Source: Candidatus Cloacimonadales bacterium
Lineage (GTDB): Bacteria; Cloacimonadota; Cloacimonadia; Cloacimonadales; JAFGVF01
Reading direction: 5' to 3'
Length of the DNA stretch: 64,000 nt
NCBI GenBank assembly: GCA_963678315.1
Contig: OY782781.1
Location: forward strand, 224,001 to 288,000
Position 1 is the first letter of the stretch. Each line of letters begins with the position of its first letter. Position numbers and translations under genes: made by a program. Under the pieces are notes generated by a model. The model was not told the DNA's origin and searched no databases. It was given only the letters and a program-made list of their open reading frames with translations. This document shows, one piece after another, positions 1-12,500 of the stretch.

Positions 1-552
1 ATTAACATATTCATCAGTCATAACAGCTTTGAAATCATAAGATGTATTGAATGCGAATGCTGCAGGAATTGTCCATTTACCTTCTGCATCAAGTACAAGT
101 TGAGTCCAAGTGTCTAAACCAGCTTCAGACCACCAATAAGTGATTGTGATGTTTTCATCAGCAGTTTGGTTATCAGTTGCATTTGCTTGGAATGTATAAG
201 ACATACCTCTTTCGATATAACCATTGTCATTTTCAGCAAGAACTAAGTTACCAGCAGGAACATCATTATCAATATTGAATGAGAATGTCATTGTTTCAGT
301 ATGACCAACAAAGTCAGTAGTAACAACGTCAAATGTATAGTTTCCAGTAGCTAAGCCAGCAACAGCAAATGAGCCGTTAACTACAGGAAGGTTTGTTTGA
401 TCATTAGTAGTGTAAGATTGGTTAATAAACTCAGTTCCATTAAATGTTGCAGTAACATTTTGTAAGTCAAGAACTGTATTATTAACTGTAACAGCTACAT
501 CAATATCATTTTCATCATTTGTCCATGAGTCAGCTAAGATAGCATTACCATT
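1..552 (-). CDS. Continuation of the giant surface protein after a 1-nt frameshift (partial, runs off the window start)
   Basis: My translation of 552->1 is open for 184 codons (NGNAILADSWTNDENDIDVAVTVNN...YTFDVVTTDFVGHTET...IDNDVPAG...), with the same Ig-like 'V.D..G..ID...P' motifs as the upstream ORF. It has no start codon or RBS of its own. Confidence 0.85.
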
Positions 553-3500
553 TGTGCAACAGTGATATTTGATACTACAGGAGCAGCAACATCAACAATA
601 TTTACTTGGTAATAAGAACCTTGGTTAACTATATAATCTGTAACAGATTCTGTGTTACCAAAGATATCTTCAACTTCAGGAGCAATTTGTACTGCAGTAG
701 CATATAAGAAGTCTAAACCAACATTCCAGTCAGCTACGTGCCAGTTTTCATTATTAAGATCTTTAATATGAGTATTACCGTTTGCAGTAACAAACATTTC
801 GTTCCAATCAGAAGCAATGTTACCATCAGCATCTAAGTAACGATATTTGTATGTAACAGCATTTAAGTAATAGTTATCTGAACCATCAATAGATACATTG
901 TAATGAGTACCTCTGTTAACTGCATTAATATCAACATTTGCATCAGTTAATTCAGTTACATGGATACTAGGAGCAATGTGATCTCTATAGATAGTCATGC
1001 TTGTTTCGTTTTCAATTTGACCGAATGGATATTGAGAGATAGTTTTAACAATAACGTTTTCTTCAGTAAATGTAGAAGCATCTAAAGTTAATTTGAAGTA
1101 TCTATCATAGCCATCAACTAATGCGATAACAGCAGGATTATTACCTAATGAACCAACATTATCAAATGCAGCATCATAAGTAAGACCATTATCTCTAGAA
1201 ATCATAGCAGAAACACTAGTAGGAACAATTACATTGTTACCTTCTGGAATAAATGCATATAAGTCTAGAATATTATTACCAACCATGTCAGTAATAACAC
1301 TGTTTGTTTCAACATCAGTTTGGTGATAAGTTTCAACATTATTACGTAAATCAGAAACAACCATAATTCTTGCACCAGGTTCTTCACCTTCAAGAACGAA
1401 TGCTTGAGCAGCGTTGAAGATAGCTGATTGGTGATCATTATGATCAGTTACAGTAACAGCAATATCTACATTAAGGTTATTCATACCGTTAACAATGTAG
1501 CTTTGCATTTCTTGTGAAGGAGTCCAATCAAATGTTAATTGCGCACCATTATCAGAAGTTTTAACATTTACAGCATCAACTGTTGTTCCATGAGTAAATG
1601 TAGCTTCAAATGATTTAACACCTAATTCTGATCCTACAGCACCTAGACTTGCTAAGTAATCTGTATAATTTACAGTAAATGTATGAGTAATATTGTAAAG
1701 ACCAGTATTTGTAGAAGCAATGTTAGTAACTACAGGATCTGTAACATCAACATGGATGTCAGAACCAATACCAGCTACATTAGCATAATCTACAGTATAG
1801 TCATTACCTGCAAAATCAACAACTTTAACTCTTAAGTCATAAACACCATCAACGATGTTTGTGAATGGATCAGTTAAGTCCATAGCAAAGTTAGTTGCAG
1901 GAGTATCATAAGCACCATAAGCAACATTAACAATAGGGAATAATGTATTAGCACTATCAACTAAGTATGCATAAACATTTTTAATATCATTAATATTATC
2001 ATAGTTTACAGAGAAATCAAAGTCTTTTTCATCAACTTTGAAACCTTGGATGTCATCATATCTAACATCAGTAACTGTAAATTGAGGTGCAGTATTATCA
2101 ATTACAAGTGTTCTGATATTTGCGAAGTTTTCATCAACAGTTGCAACAGCATTATCTACAGCAACAGCTCTGAATTGGTATTCGCCATCAACATCAAATG
2201 TTCTTGTATCGAATTGAACAGCATAATCAGTAACATCAATTGTTTTTGCTACTGCAGCTATTTCATGATTGTTAAGTTCATCTTGTTCAATGATACCATT
2301 GTTATCCATATCAACGTAATATTTGATATCATAAACATCAGCTGGTAATGTTTCTTCAATAGTCCAAAGACCATTAGCTTCTTCAAGTTCGTAACGAACA
2401 TCGTTGTTACCTGATTGAGAAGTTAAGATAACATGTACACCAGGGATAACTGGGTAGTTAATTGTTTCTGATGAAACTTCAAATGTATAATCAATAACTT
2501 GTGAGTCGTTATCGATAGGAGCTATAGTAGTCCAACCGTTAACATCATCAAGATATTCGAATCTCATTTCTTGTACAATAGCAGGTTGAGCAACATTAGC
2601 AGTTAGAACTTCTAAGCCACTAATATGATCACCATCTGCATGATTGAAGATGTTTGTTGTTAAGTCAGCAACAGGGATAACATTAACAACTAAGTCAATT
2701 TGATAGTTATCAATAATGCCATCGAAAGGAATTACATCACCTTCAATGTTACCACGAGTATCAAGTGCGATTACAGCATATTCAATTCTAGTTGCGTTAT
2801 TAACAGAAATATCGAATTGGTACATGTTGTTAGCATCAACTTCATGATCATATAGACCTGTGAAGATCCAACCATTACCATCAACATTACTATATAATTG
2901 AACTGGAGGATAGATATCATCTTGACTATTATTATCCCAAGGTTGTGTTCTATCTGCCCAAGAATCAGTATCAGTAGTAGAAAGACCTGCAATAGCAGCT
3001 CTATCAATTTGGATTGTTAGGTTTTCATCTTGAGAAGCAATTACAGAAATCTCATCAGTACCATTGTAAGGTAATAATGAACTAACAGCAACGCCACCAT
3101 GATCTTCATCTGTAGTATATGCAATATTAGCAATTACAGTTTGAGGAGCTTGGTTATCAACGTAAACGACTGCATTTTCAATAGCAGAAGTATTACCATT
3201 GATATCAGTAACAGTTACTGCATAAGTTACATTACCTTCAAGATCTAATGTGTTAACACTAGTCCAAGGAATTGTAATTGTATTAGCAACATTATCAACA
3301 ACTATATTATTAACATTTCCTGTTACGTTAACATTAACAGCATTAATTTCTGTTGTTACCATAACAAGGTTTTCATCAATAGCATCAACATCAGTATAGT
3401 TAACAACTAATCTATCATTACCTAAATCATGTTTTGCCCATGATGTTTGAGTAGTAGAAGCATTGTTGTAAGCTAAACTTGGAGAAGCAAAATCAACTCT

Positions 3501-6500
3501 TAAGTTTTCATCTACATTAACTACTGCTGGGTCTGAAACAACTTCAACATTAGTATAAGAATCTATCATTACTGCGTAGAATCTGTATGAGTAGTCTGTA
3601 CCAAGAGTGTTATTACCATTAGTGTAGATTGATTCATCTACAGTAATCCATGAGTAATATAAGTCATTACCTTGATCATAGTAACATTGATCAGAGTTGA
3701 TCACATTGCTGTTACCAAAATCAGGATTAATAGTAATATCATTTGTTAAGTTGAATGTTTCTACATTACCAGTTAAGTTATCTGTTTTTTCATAGTAGAA
3801 TTCAATTTGGCTAATTCCATGTAGTCCGTTTGGATATGTTGCCAATAACTTCACACTATTGTCAGTAACAGGTGAGTTTGGTGCATATATAGCAGGAACA
3901 TCAGAATCATTAGCTTGATTGAAATCAATATAATCTTTTAATTCAAGAGTATATGATTTGTCATAAGATGGGTTTTGAATATCTAGCGTACCACTAAAGT
4001 CGTATGCAACTGAAGTGTTACCAACAAAGTCAGTAGCTACAGCAGAGATATTAACCATACCCATATCATCAGCATTATAAATCCAATTAACAGGAACAGG
4101 GTTAGTTAAATCATAAGTTAAAACATCACCATTAACTGTAAGTTCAACACTTGCAGCATCGTTCCAATTAGTACATAATGCAGTGAAATCAACATTATTG
4201 TTTTGAGTATTTTCATAATCATAAACAAGAGATAAGTTGTTAGAGTTATTTGCAAATACATCAGTAACTACAGGAGCAGTAACATCAGCAACTGTATATG
4301 GGAATACATATTCAGTAACTGTTCTCATTGTGCTACTTGTTACAAGAATTCTTACAAAGAAGTTTCTAACATTAGTATTTGGATAATTTGCATTATCTAA
4401 GTATTGTGTATAGAAGTCATCACTTAGGTCCCAAGTGAAACCATAAGGATAAACATCATCAGATGGATTAAGTTTTAAATTAGGGTTACCTGGAAGAACA
4501 GCATCGTCTTCCCATTCGCCATCATTATCTTCATCATAATATATTTCAAATTCTACATTATTAACGATACCAAGATCATCACTTATGTAGTATTCTAGAT
4601 CAACATCTTCACCACTGTTAAGATCAGTTACGTTACTTACAGGAACAACATCAGCTTGTTCATAAGTATTTACAAACTCTTGAGAGTTGTTGTAAACATT
4701 ACCTAAAGCATCAGTTACTGTATAATTAAGAACGTATCTACCTTCAGCTAAGTCATGTGAAGTATAGAAGTTATTAAATGCAAGTTCAATGAATTGACCA
4801 TTAAATGCATCCACACGTCTTGCTAAGTAAGCAGGAGTTTCAGGTGTTACAGCACCAAGGTCCATTGTTAATGTAACATTAGCAATACCACTACCATCAG
4901 TACCAAACATTGTTGGATCTTCAAGATATAATCTAATTGAAGACCAGTCATGTTCAATATTAATGTTAGCACCTTCAACATAACTATAAACATTATTATC
5001 AGTTACAAACTCGAAACCATTAGTACTAACGATTGGAGCAGTAGCATCAAGAAGAACATTGATAGTTTCTGCTTTAGTGAATCCATAGATATTTTTGTAT
5101 GTAACAGTAAACTCAACTGAACCTTCTGTTGCAGCTGATGCAGTAAAGTCATTTGCATCAATTGTTAAACTTCCAACACCATTGATAATTTGTGCTGGAT
5201 TTAAGTCATTAACTAATAATGGACTTGAGATAACAATGTCTGATAATTCAGGTACATAGTTAAGGTTTGCATTTTCACCGAAGTTTTCTAAGGTGAATGT
5301 GAAGTCAAAATCACCCATAGTTGGGTTTTGAATTGATATAGCATCAATAGTGATATCAAAATCATTACCATCAACAATTACGTTTTCTACATTATATTCA
5401 TGATTGAATACAGTAGCAGATAATTCAAATGGATTTCTGATAGAATTTACTAAAATATCAAATGATTGACCTTCTGTAAATTGAGTTCTATCAACAGTTA
5501 CAGGGAATGTAACTAACCATTGTGAATTATTTATATTTGTATCAGTTACAGTGTAATCACCGAATGTTAGTCCGTTAACATTACCAACTGTAACATTATC
5601 AATATATTCTTGATATTGACAATCGATATAAACATTAAGTACAGGATTAATAAATTCATCAGAATCTAAAGCGATTACATTAACCACATCAGCTTGATTA
5701 TTCATTAAACCTGATGTTACTAATTCTGCGTGTCTGATAATAGGAACTAATGGACCTTCACCTGCAAACTCAATAAATGAATCTGAAGAAGGAGAGTTCA
5801 AGCCTGTAATTGTTGTAACAAAAGCGTGAACTAATTGAGAAGTTTCATTAGCAACTTGATGGTTTGCTCTTACTGTTAAACCAGTAATTTCAGCAGTCCA
5901 AATATCATTTGCACTATCATAAGTAAGATCTGCATCATTAGAAACAATAGGTCCGTTTACATCAAGTACATTTTCAAAATCAGTAAATGTTGCAACTGGT
6001 TTTGCCATAGCACTTATTGTGGTTGGAGTTCTGAATTTCAATCTAATGTGAGCATCAGTATCATTTGGAGTAACATAGTTCATACTATTTTTTCCAAGTG
6101 TTTCTGACCATACATCAAGAGCGATTAATTCAGTTGAAGTAATGTCGATTACGTCATATACATTAGCCACTGTAGCTTGTCTAACTTCACCTGTAGAATA
6201 AGTAATTCTATAAGTTAATGACAAAGGACCAACTGGTGTAGCAGCATCTAAGGTAATATCACTATTTAAGTAATATTCGAAATCTCCATTAGCTGTAACA
6301 CCATTACTTGCTAAAGTAACCCATTGGCCATTAGCACCGTTGTATGTGTCAGCTAAAATTTCAACACTGTTGATAGTAGCATTATCATTAGCTTGAGGTT
6401 CGATATCTAAGATAAGACCGATTTCATTACCAGCACTTACAAATTTAGATGAAGCACTATTCAATCTGTCATTGCCATCATATTGGAAACCAACAACACC

Positions 6501-9500
6501 TTGAACATCTGCATCACTAGATATGAAACCAATTTCTACAACAGGTCCAGCAGCAGCATATTTATTGGAAGGTGAATAATAATCTTCACCAACATAGTTT
6601 TCATGATTTACAAGGTCTTCAAGAGAGTTGAACTGAACATTCATAACATCAGTATTCTCAACATCTACAGGAGCATTAGGAGTTAACTTCCAAATCATAG
6701 TTAATGTATGATCTGTTTCAGCTTCTGAACCTAATACTTCAACAGTCCAACCAGCAATAGCTGAAATATCAGCAACAGCACTTGGAAGGATTGAAACACC
6801 TTGATGATCATTGATGATTCTCTTAATATAAATAGAACCATCAAAGAAATATGAATCTAAATTGTTAGGGTCATTAAGAGTTAAATCAAAATTGTTTCTT
6901 TGACTTTGGTTAACTGGAGTATTTGCATCAGCTAACACCTTTGCTTGAGCATAAGTAAGATCACTTGCGCCTTGAGCAATTGAGTAGTCCTCATAAACAG
7001 GAACTTCTAAGTCAACTTTGATTCCTCTATTTAATGTAATAGGATTTACAGCAAAGAAGTCTTCGTATCTAACTTGAACTTGCACTTCTTCACCATCATC
7101 ATAAGCATTCCAGCATGATGCTACATCAGGAGTTTCCACCCATGTAACTACATGTTCCCAAACAGGGAAAACATCATCGTTTATCATATTTGAAACAACT
7201 GTACCAAGTACCCATCTTGTATCAGGGAAATCATCTGTGATCTGGTCAAAGTTAGCTTCTGCAACAAATGCTTGATCATCAATGATTGAGTGGATAGTCA
7301 TTTCTAGCTTAACATCATGTTCAGGTGCAAACCAGCCTTCTGGATCCATTCCAGTATAGCGGTCTGGAGAAATACCATGGAATACAAATGTTGGTGTTTC
7401 TATTACAACTGCTTCTTCAGCTTGCTCTAATGCAATGAAGTTAAAGTTTGATGTTACATTAGCTTTGAAAGTAATATTTTCAAAACCATTTTCTACATCA
7501 AATTGACTATAGTCAAAATCTTGTTCTTGTGCATTTTGATACCATGCATAGGTGTAAGTATTTCTTACAAAACCTGTAACTGGTTCAGAATCTAGAACTG
7601 TATTAACTAAAGTTGCATTTCCAGCTAGTATATCTTTATATTCAAGAGCAATATCATCTGCATCAACATGTCCGTCGTAAGCAACAACATCAACTTGAAC
7701 TTCGAAGTCTTGGTTTTCGTCAGCAGTGAAATAGTTTTGAGTTTCAATACCATTCACGTAGAATCTGAAATCAGTAATAACAACTTGGTTGTTATCCACA
7801 AATGGAACATCTAAAGTTACATCTGTTAAATCACTTGATGAGAATACTTGATATTCTTGTGGATGACTAATTACAAGAGAATCAACTCTTAGAGTTGCAT
7901 ATTCTTGACCAGCACCGAAATTATCAATTTCAAATGTATTGTTGCCATCAGCAAAGTTATTATCAATAAAGCTTTCGCCATTATTTAAATAAACTGTAAC
8001 TTGGTCTATTCTATCAGCATCAGTCAAATCGTAATTTACTACAACTTTGTTTCCATCTTGAACCATATCAACGTGGTTAGATTTGTCATTATGTTGAGTA
8101 GTAGTAGCATTATGAATTTCTACATTAGCAACTGTTGGAATATCTTGAACTGCTACAGCAACTGCTTCTTCATCATAACTTGTTGTGAAGTTAGTTGTTG
8201 ATTTAACATCAAGAGTAAAGTTAACATTTAACCATCCCCAACCATCTCTTACAAAGTTATCATAATTGAAATCTTCATTTGTCCATCTATAAACAAATGT
8301 ATTTCTTGGATAACTATCAACTGGAGTTGATTCGAATATAGATGAAACTTGGATTGGTGCATCAGCTACAAAAGTATTGTAGTTTAGAGTTACATCATTA
8401 ACATCCATCATTCCGTCATAAGCAACTAAAGTAGCTTCAATAACTAATTGATCTGCCATTTCAGCAGAAATTTCATTGTTAAGAGATTCAACACCGTTAA
8501 CGAAGAATTTAATATCTTCAACAACGATTTGAGCATCATCAATAAATGGATATAATAAAGCATTGTTACTTTCTGCGAAAGAACTGTCCAAATTATTCAC
8601 ATAATTGTGAGTAATTTCAACTTTTGCTCTTAATGCACTATATTGATTTAAACCTGTTGTAGCTACATCTTCGATAGCAATAGTATTATTGCCTTCTACA
8701 ATAGAAGCTAAAGCAACAGCTTCAGTTTTTACATTATTATTATCATCTGTATATAATGTAATAGAAACAGCATCGATTCTTTCAATATCTGTTAAGTCAA
8801 AATTAACATTCACTTTATTTCCGTCTTCAACTATAGCTGGTTCAAAAGAGTGAATATTATCATTTTGAGGATCAGCATTATATACAAGAACATTAGCTAC
8901 AGTTGGTATAGCAGTAATATCTACATCAGCAGTAGTTGATGTTTCATTATCGACCATATCTTTAGCTGTAACAGTAAATGTTAAAGTATTTGCATCATAA
9001 TCAGCAGGGATTGCAATAATCCATTGATATAAGTCATTACCTAAATCATTAGCAACTGTATTATCAGCAATTAAAGTGTTATCTGAGCAAACAATTTTTA
9101 CTTGGTCGCTTTGAACACCAGAATCCGCATCTGTAATTTCATAAACTAAAGTAAGATTATTGTTTTCATCAACTGAAGTTGGCACTGAGTTTTCAGTGAT
9201 AACTGGATCAGTTAAATCTACAACAACAGATCTATCTGTATGAGTGAAATCATGTACGGAATCATCATCTTGTGAGAATCCAAGATCAGAACTGAATTCT
9301 ATTGTAAGACTGTCTCCAGTTACATAGCTTTCAGTAAAGCCATCATAAGTTCCAGTCCATACCCATTTATAATAACCATCATAAACTCCACCGACTTGTT
9401 GTACAATTGCTTGAGAATAATCGGCACTAATTAAATTCAATGAGAATTCAACGTTCATTCCTTCTTGAGTAACACTTCTTGTGTTGAAGTAATTATTAAA

Positions 9501-12500
9501 ATATACTTCGTATCTGAAGCTACCAGACTCTTGTGCCTTATTTAGAACTTCATCACCATCTTCATTGATGTAATAGAAGTTTGTTAAAACAGGGTAATCA
9601 TGAGCTGAATTATTCAATTTAATAAAGTGAACAAAAGCTTCTGAAGAGTCATTCCACCAGTTATCTCCATCATAAGGATAAGCAGGATTGTTAACTCTAC
9701 CAGGGTTACCAGCAAGGTCATTAGGAGTACGAAGAACTAAAGTATATCTAGTACCTTCATTTAAGTTTTGAATGTTAGCATTCAAAGTAAATGATTGATA
9801 CACATTCTTTGTAATATCGTTTGGACAAATTTGTGAAGTACCAGTACCAGTAGCAGTAATATTAACAACTGCACCTGGAACTAATGAGAAATCTGACTCA
9901 TCATAAACTACACCAGACCAACCTTCTTCTAAAAGATATTCTGATACGTTTACATCAAGTTCGAATGAGTTCACAGTATTTGTTACAAAATAATCATTAC
10001 CTGTTGGAGCAGGTAAGTAATGGTTGTTGTCCATACCTAAGAATTGAGGATTTTCGTTATCTACTTTAGTAGATGCAAAAACACTAAATTCTTCAGGAGC
10101 AACATAACCTGTATCTTCTAATCCATCAGGATCAATTGAAAGTTCTACTGTTAATACTCGTGTATCTGTAGTTCCAACAATTTGTTGGTAATCATCAGAT
10201 AAGTTGTAGAAAGCTAATGTATCATTCAATGCACCATCAGCTGGTTCTTGAGTATGACTCTTACTTAATTTTACATTAGGATTTGCAGGATCATATACCT
10301 TTAATTCCCATGCATAAGCAACAGAAGCAGCGGTTACATCAAACTCAATAGTATTACCACCAACGTCAGCTGGATTACTATTAATACCTGTTAGGTCTGA
10401 TTCATTAGCTGGGTTAGTTACAGAATCATAACTATCAGCTGGGTTACCAGGAGATATGCAATATGGTGTAACTTGGATATCTGAATCTATTGCAGGCCAT
10501 GTTGGTTCTGCAGGTTTTTCAATCTTGAATTTCTTAGTTAAAGAAGCATAGTTATCAACATCATAAGGATCTTCTTCGAAATTTCTAGTTTCAACTAAAA
10601 TTTCAATATCAGATGTTGAATTACCATAAGTGAAATATCCTGTTAATGATTCATCAAAATCAGAAACTGGAACTTCCACTGATAGAGTTTGATCAAGGTT
10701 TGAAGTAAAGACTTCATCAAAACCTGCAGGAAGTAACATATTGTTTCTTCTTACAATAACTCTACTTGCATTTTCTGGATGACTAATTTCAATTTCAATT
10801 TTGATTGTCTCATTTTGTGATGAGAAATACAATTCATTTTGAGCATCATAAGAGTCAATGTAGAATATTGGGTTATTTGAGTTATCCACTTCAGGTAAAC
10901 CATTATTTCCACCATCATGTCTTGTAGTTACATCAAAACCTGTAATATGACTAGCATTTACAGCTACAGGAGGAGGAATATAGCCACCAAATATATCTTG
11001 TACATTGATTTCTTTAGTTGATTTATTAACATTACCTGCATTATCTTGTACAAAAGCAGATAAAGAATATACACCAGCAGGGAAGTTTGCCATGCTTGGT
11101 TGCCAACTCATTGTAGTCTTAGTATTTATAGTTGAGTGAGCGTTTGTGTCATCATTGTGATCAAATGCATCCATTTTCACAAGATTGTTAACATCAGCAT
11201 CACCTTCAAGACCAACACCATTATAGAAGTATCTTTTAATTGAAGAATCTTGGTTTTCTAATTCAAACCAATATGTTACAAATTCTCTTCTACCAGGTTC
11301 AGTATCATTAGTGAAATCACGTTCTACATCAAATGTAAAATAAACTTGATCAATAGATGTAACTATATCAGCACCATCAAAGATACCAACATTGGCTGGA
11401 TCATTGTTAGCTTCATTTATATTTCTTGCTATAGTTAATATTTCTGCATCTGTTAAGATGTCTCTTGACATAAGAGGAGATGCATTACCAGCTATATTTT
11501 CAAATATAGGAGCTGCATTATCTACAACTAAATCAAGTTTGTTTAACTCTGTATTGCCATTAGCAACAACAGGATTTGCTATAGGAGGTAAAGCATTGAA
11601 ACCAACGCTATTACCAGCTGGATCAGCAACTGATACTAATGTTAAACCATAAATAGCGTCAGAAACTAATTGACCATCTAATATACCATCCCATTCAAAT
11701 TTTACAAAATTACCATCAATTGTTGTGTTTGTTGTATTATATGTAACATACTCAGGAGTATCTCCCATTACATTTTCATTATCAAATCTAACAACAAATT
11801 GAGATATGTTTCCACCTACACCAAAACCAGGGATTTCAATCTTAGCTTTGATTGTATTAGGATCTGTTGCCCAACCAAAATCATCATCAGTATCTGATGA
11901 GAATCTGTATTGGTCATCATATTGTAAATCAGAAATATTACTTATATCTGGACCTTGAGTATCTGCAGGAACAGGTACATAAGGTAGAGTTTGAGTTCTA
12001 CCATCAATAATATTTCTAGCGTCATTGTTGTCACTTGAGATATTGTTTGCATTTGTCATAGTTATAGGAACTACGATATCAGCAATATATCCACCTTGAA
12101 GTGAAGTTTCTGTAAGAGTATAAGCATAACTAAATATTTCACCATTCAAAACAGCTTCAGCATCAACTGGACCACCAATTGATGATAAATCTATTGAAAC
12201 GGTAACAACATTTGTTGTGTTTACATTCTGAGATCTGTCGAGTTTAAAGATAATTTCATCACCAACTTTACTGACTGGATTAGGAGTGTCTATCCAAGTT
12301 GATAATGGATTATCAATAACTGGGTAAATAATGTTGTTAATCAAAATATTAGAAGGACCGTCATCTTCATAATCGTATCCTGCAGCATTAACATCTGCAT
12401 AGCATTTGTATGGGAATCCCCCAACGTCGCCATCTAATAGACCTGCTTCAACAACATAGTCTCTACTATAGTTATATATGTCTCTTGCTGAGGGAACTAA

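Noticed and set aside
2046..11652. Short ORFs overlapping the giant gene, and similar shadow ORFs over other genes in the track
   Set aside because: Antisense or alternate-frame by-products of biased codon usage in well-supported genes.
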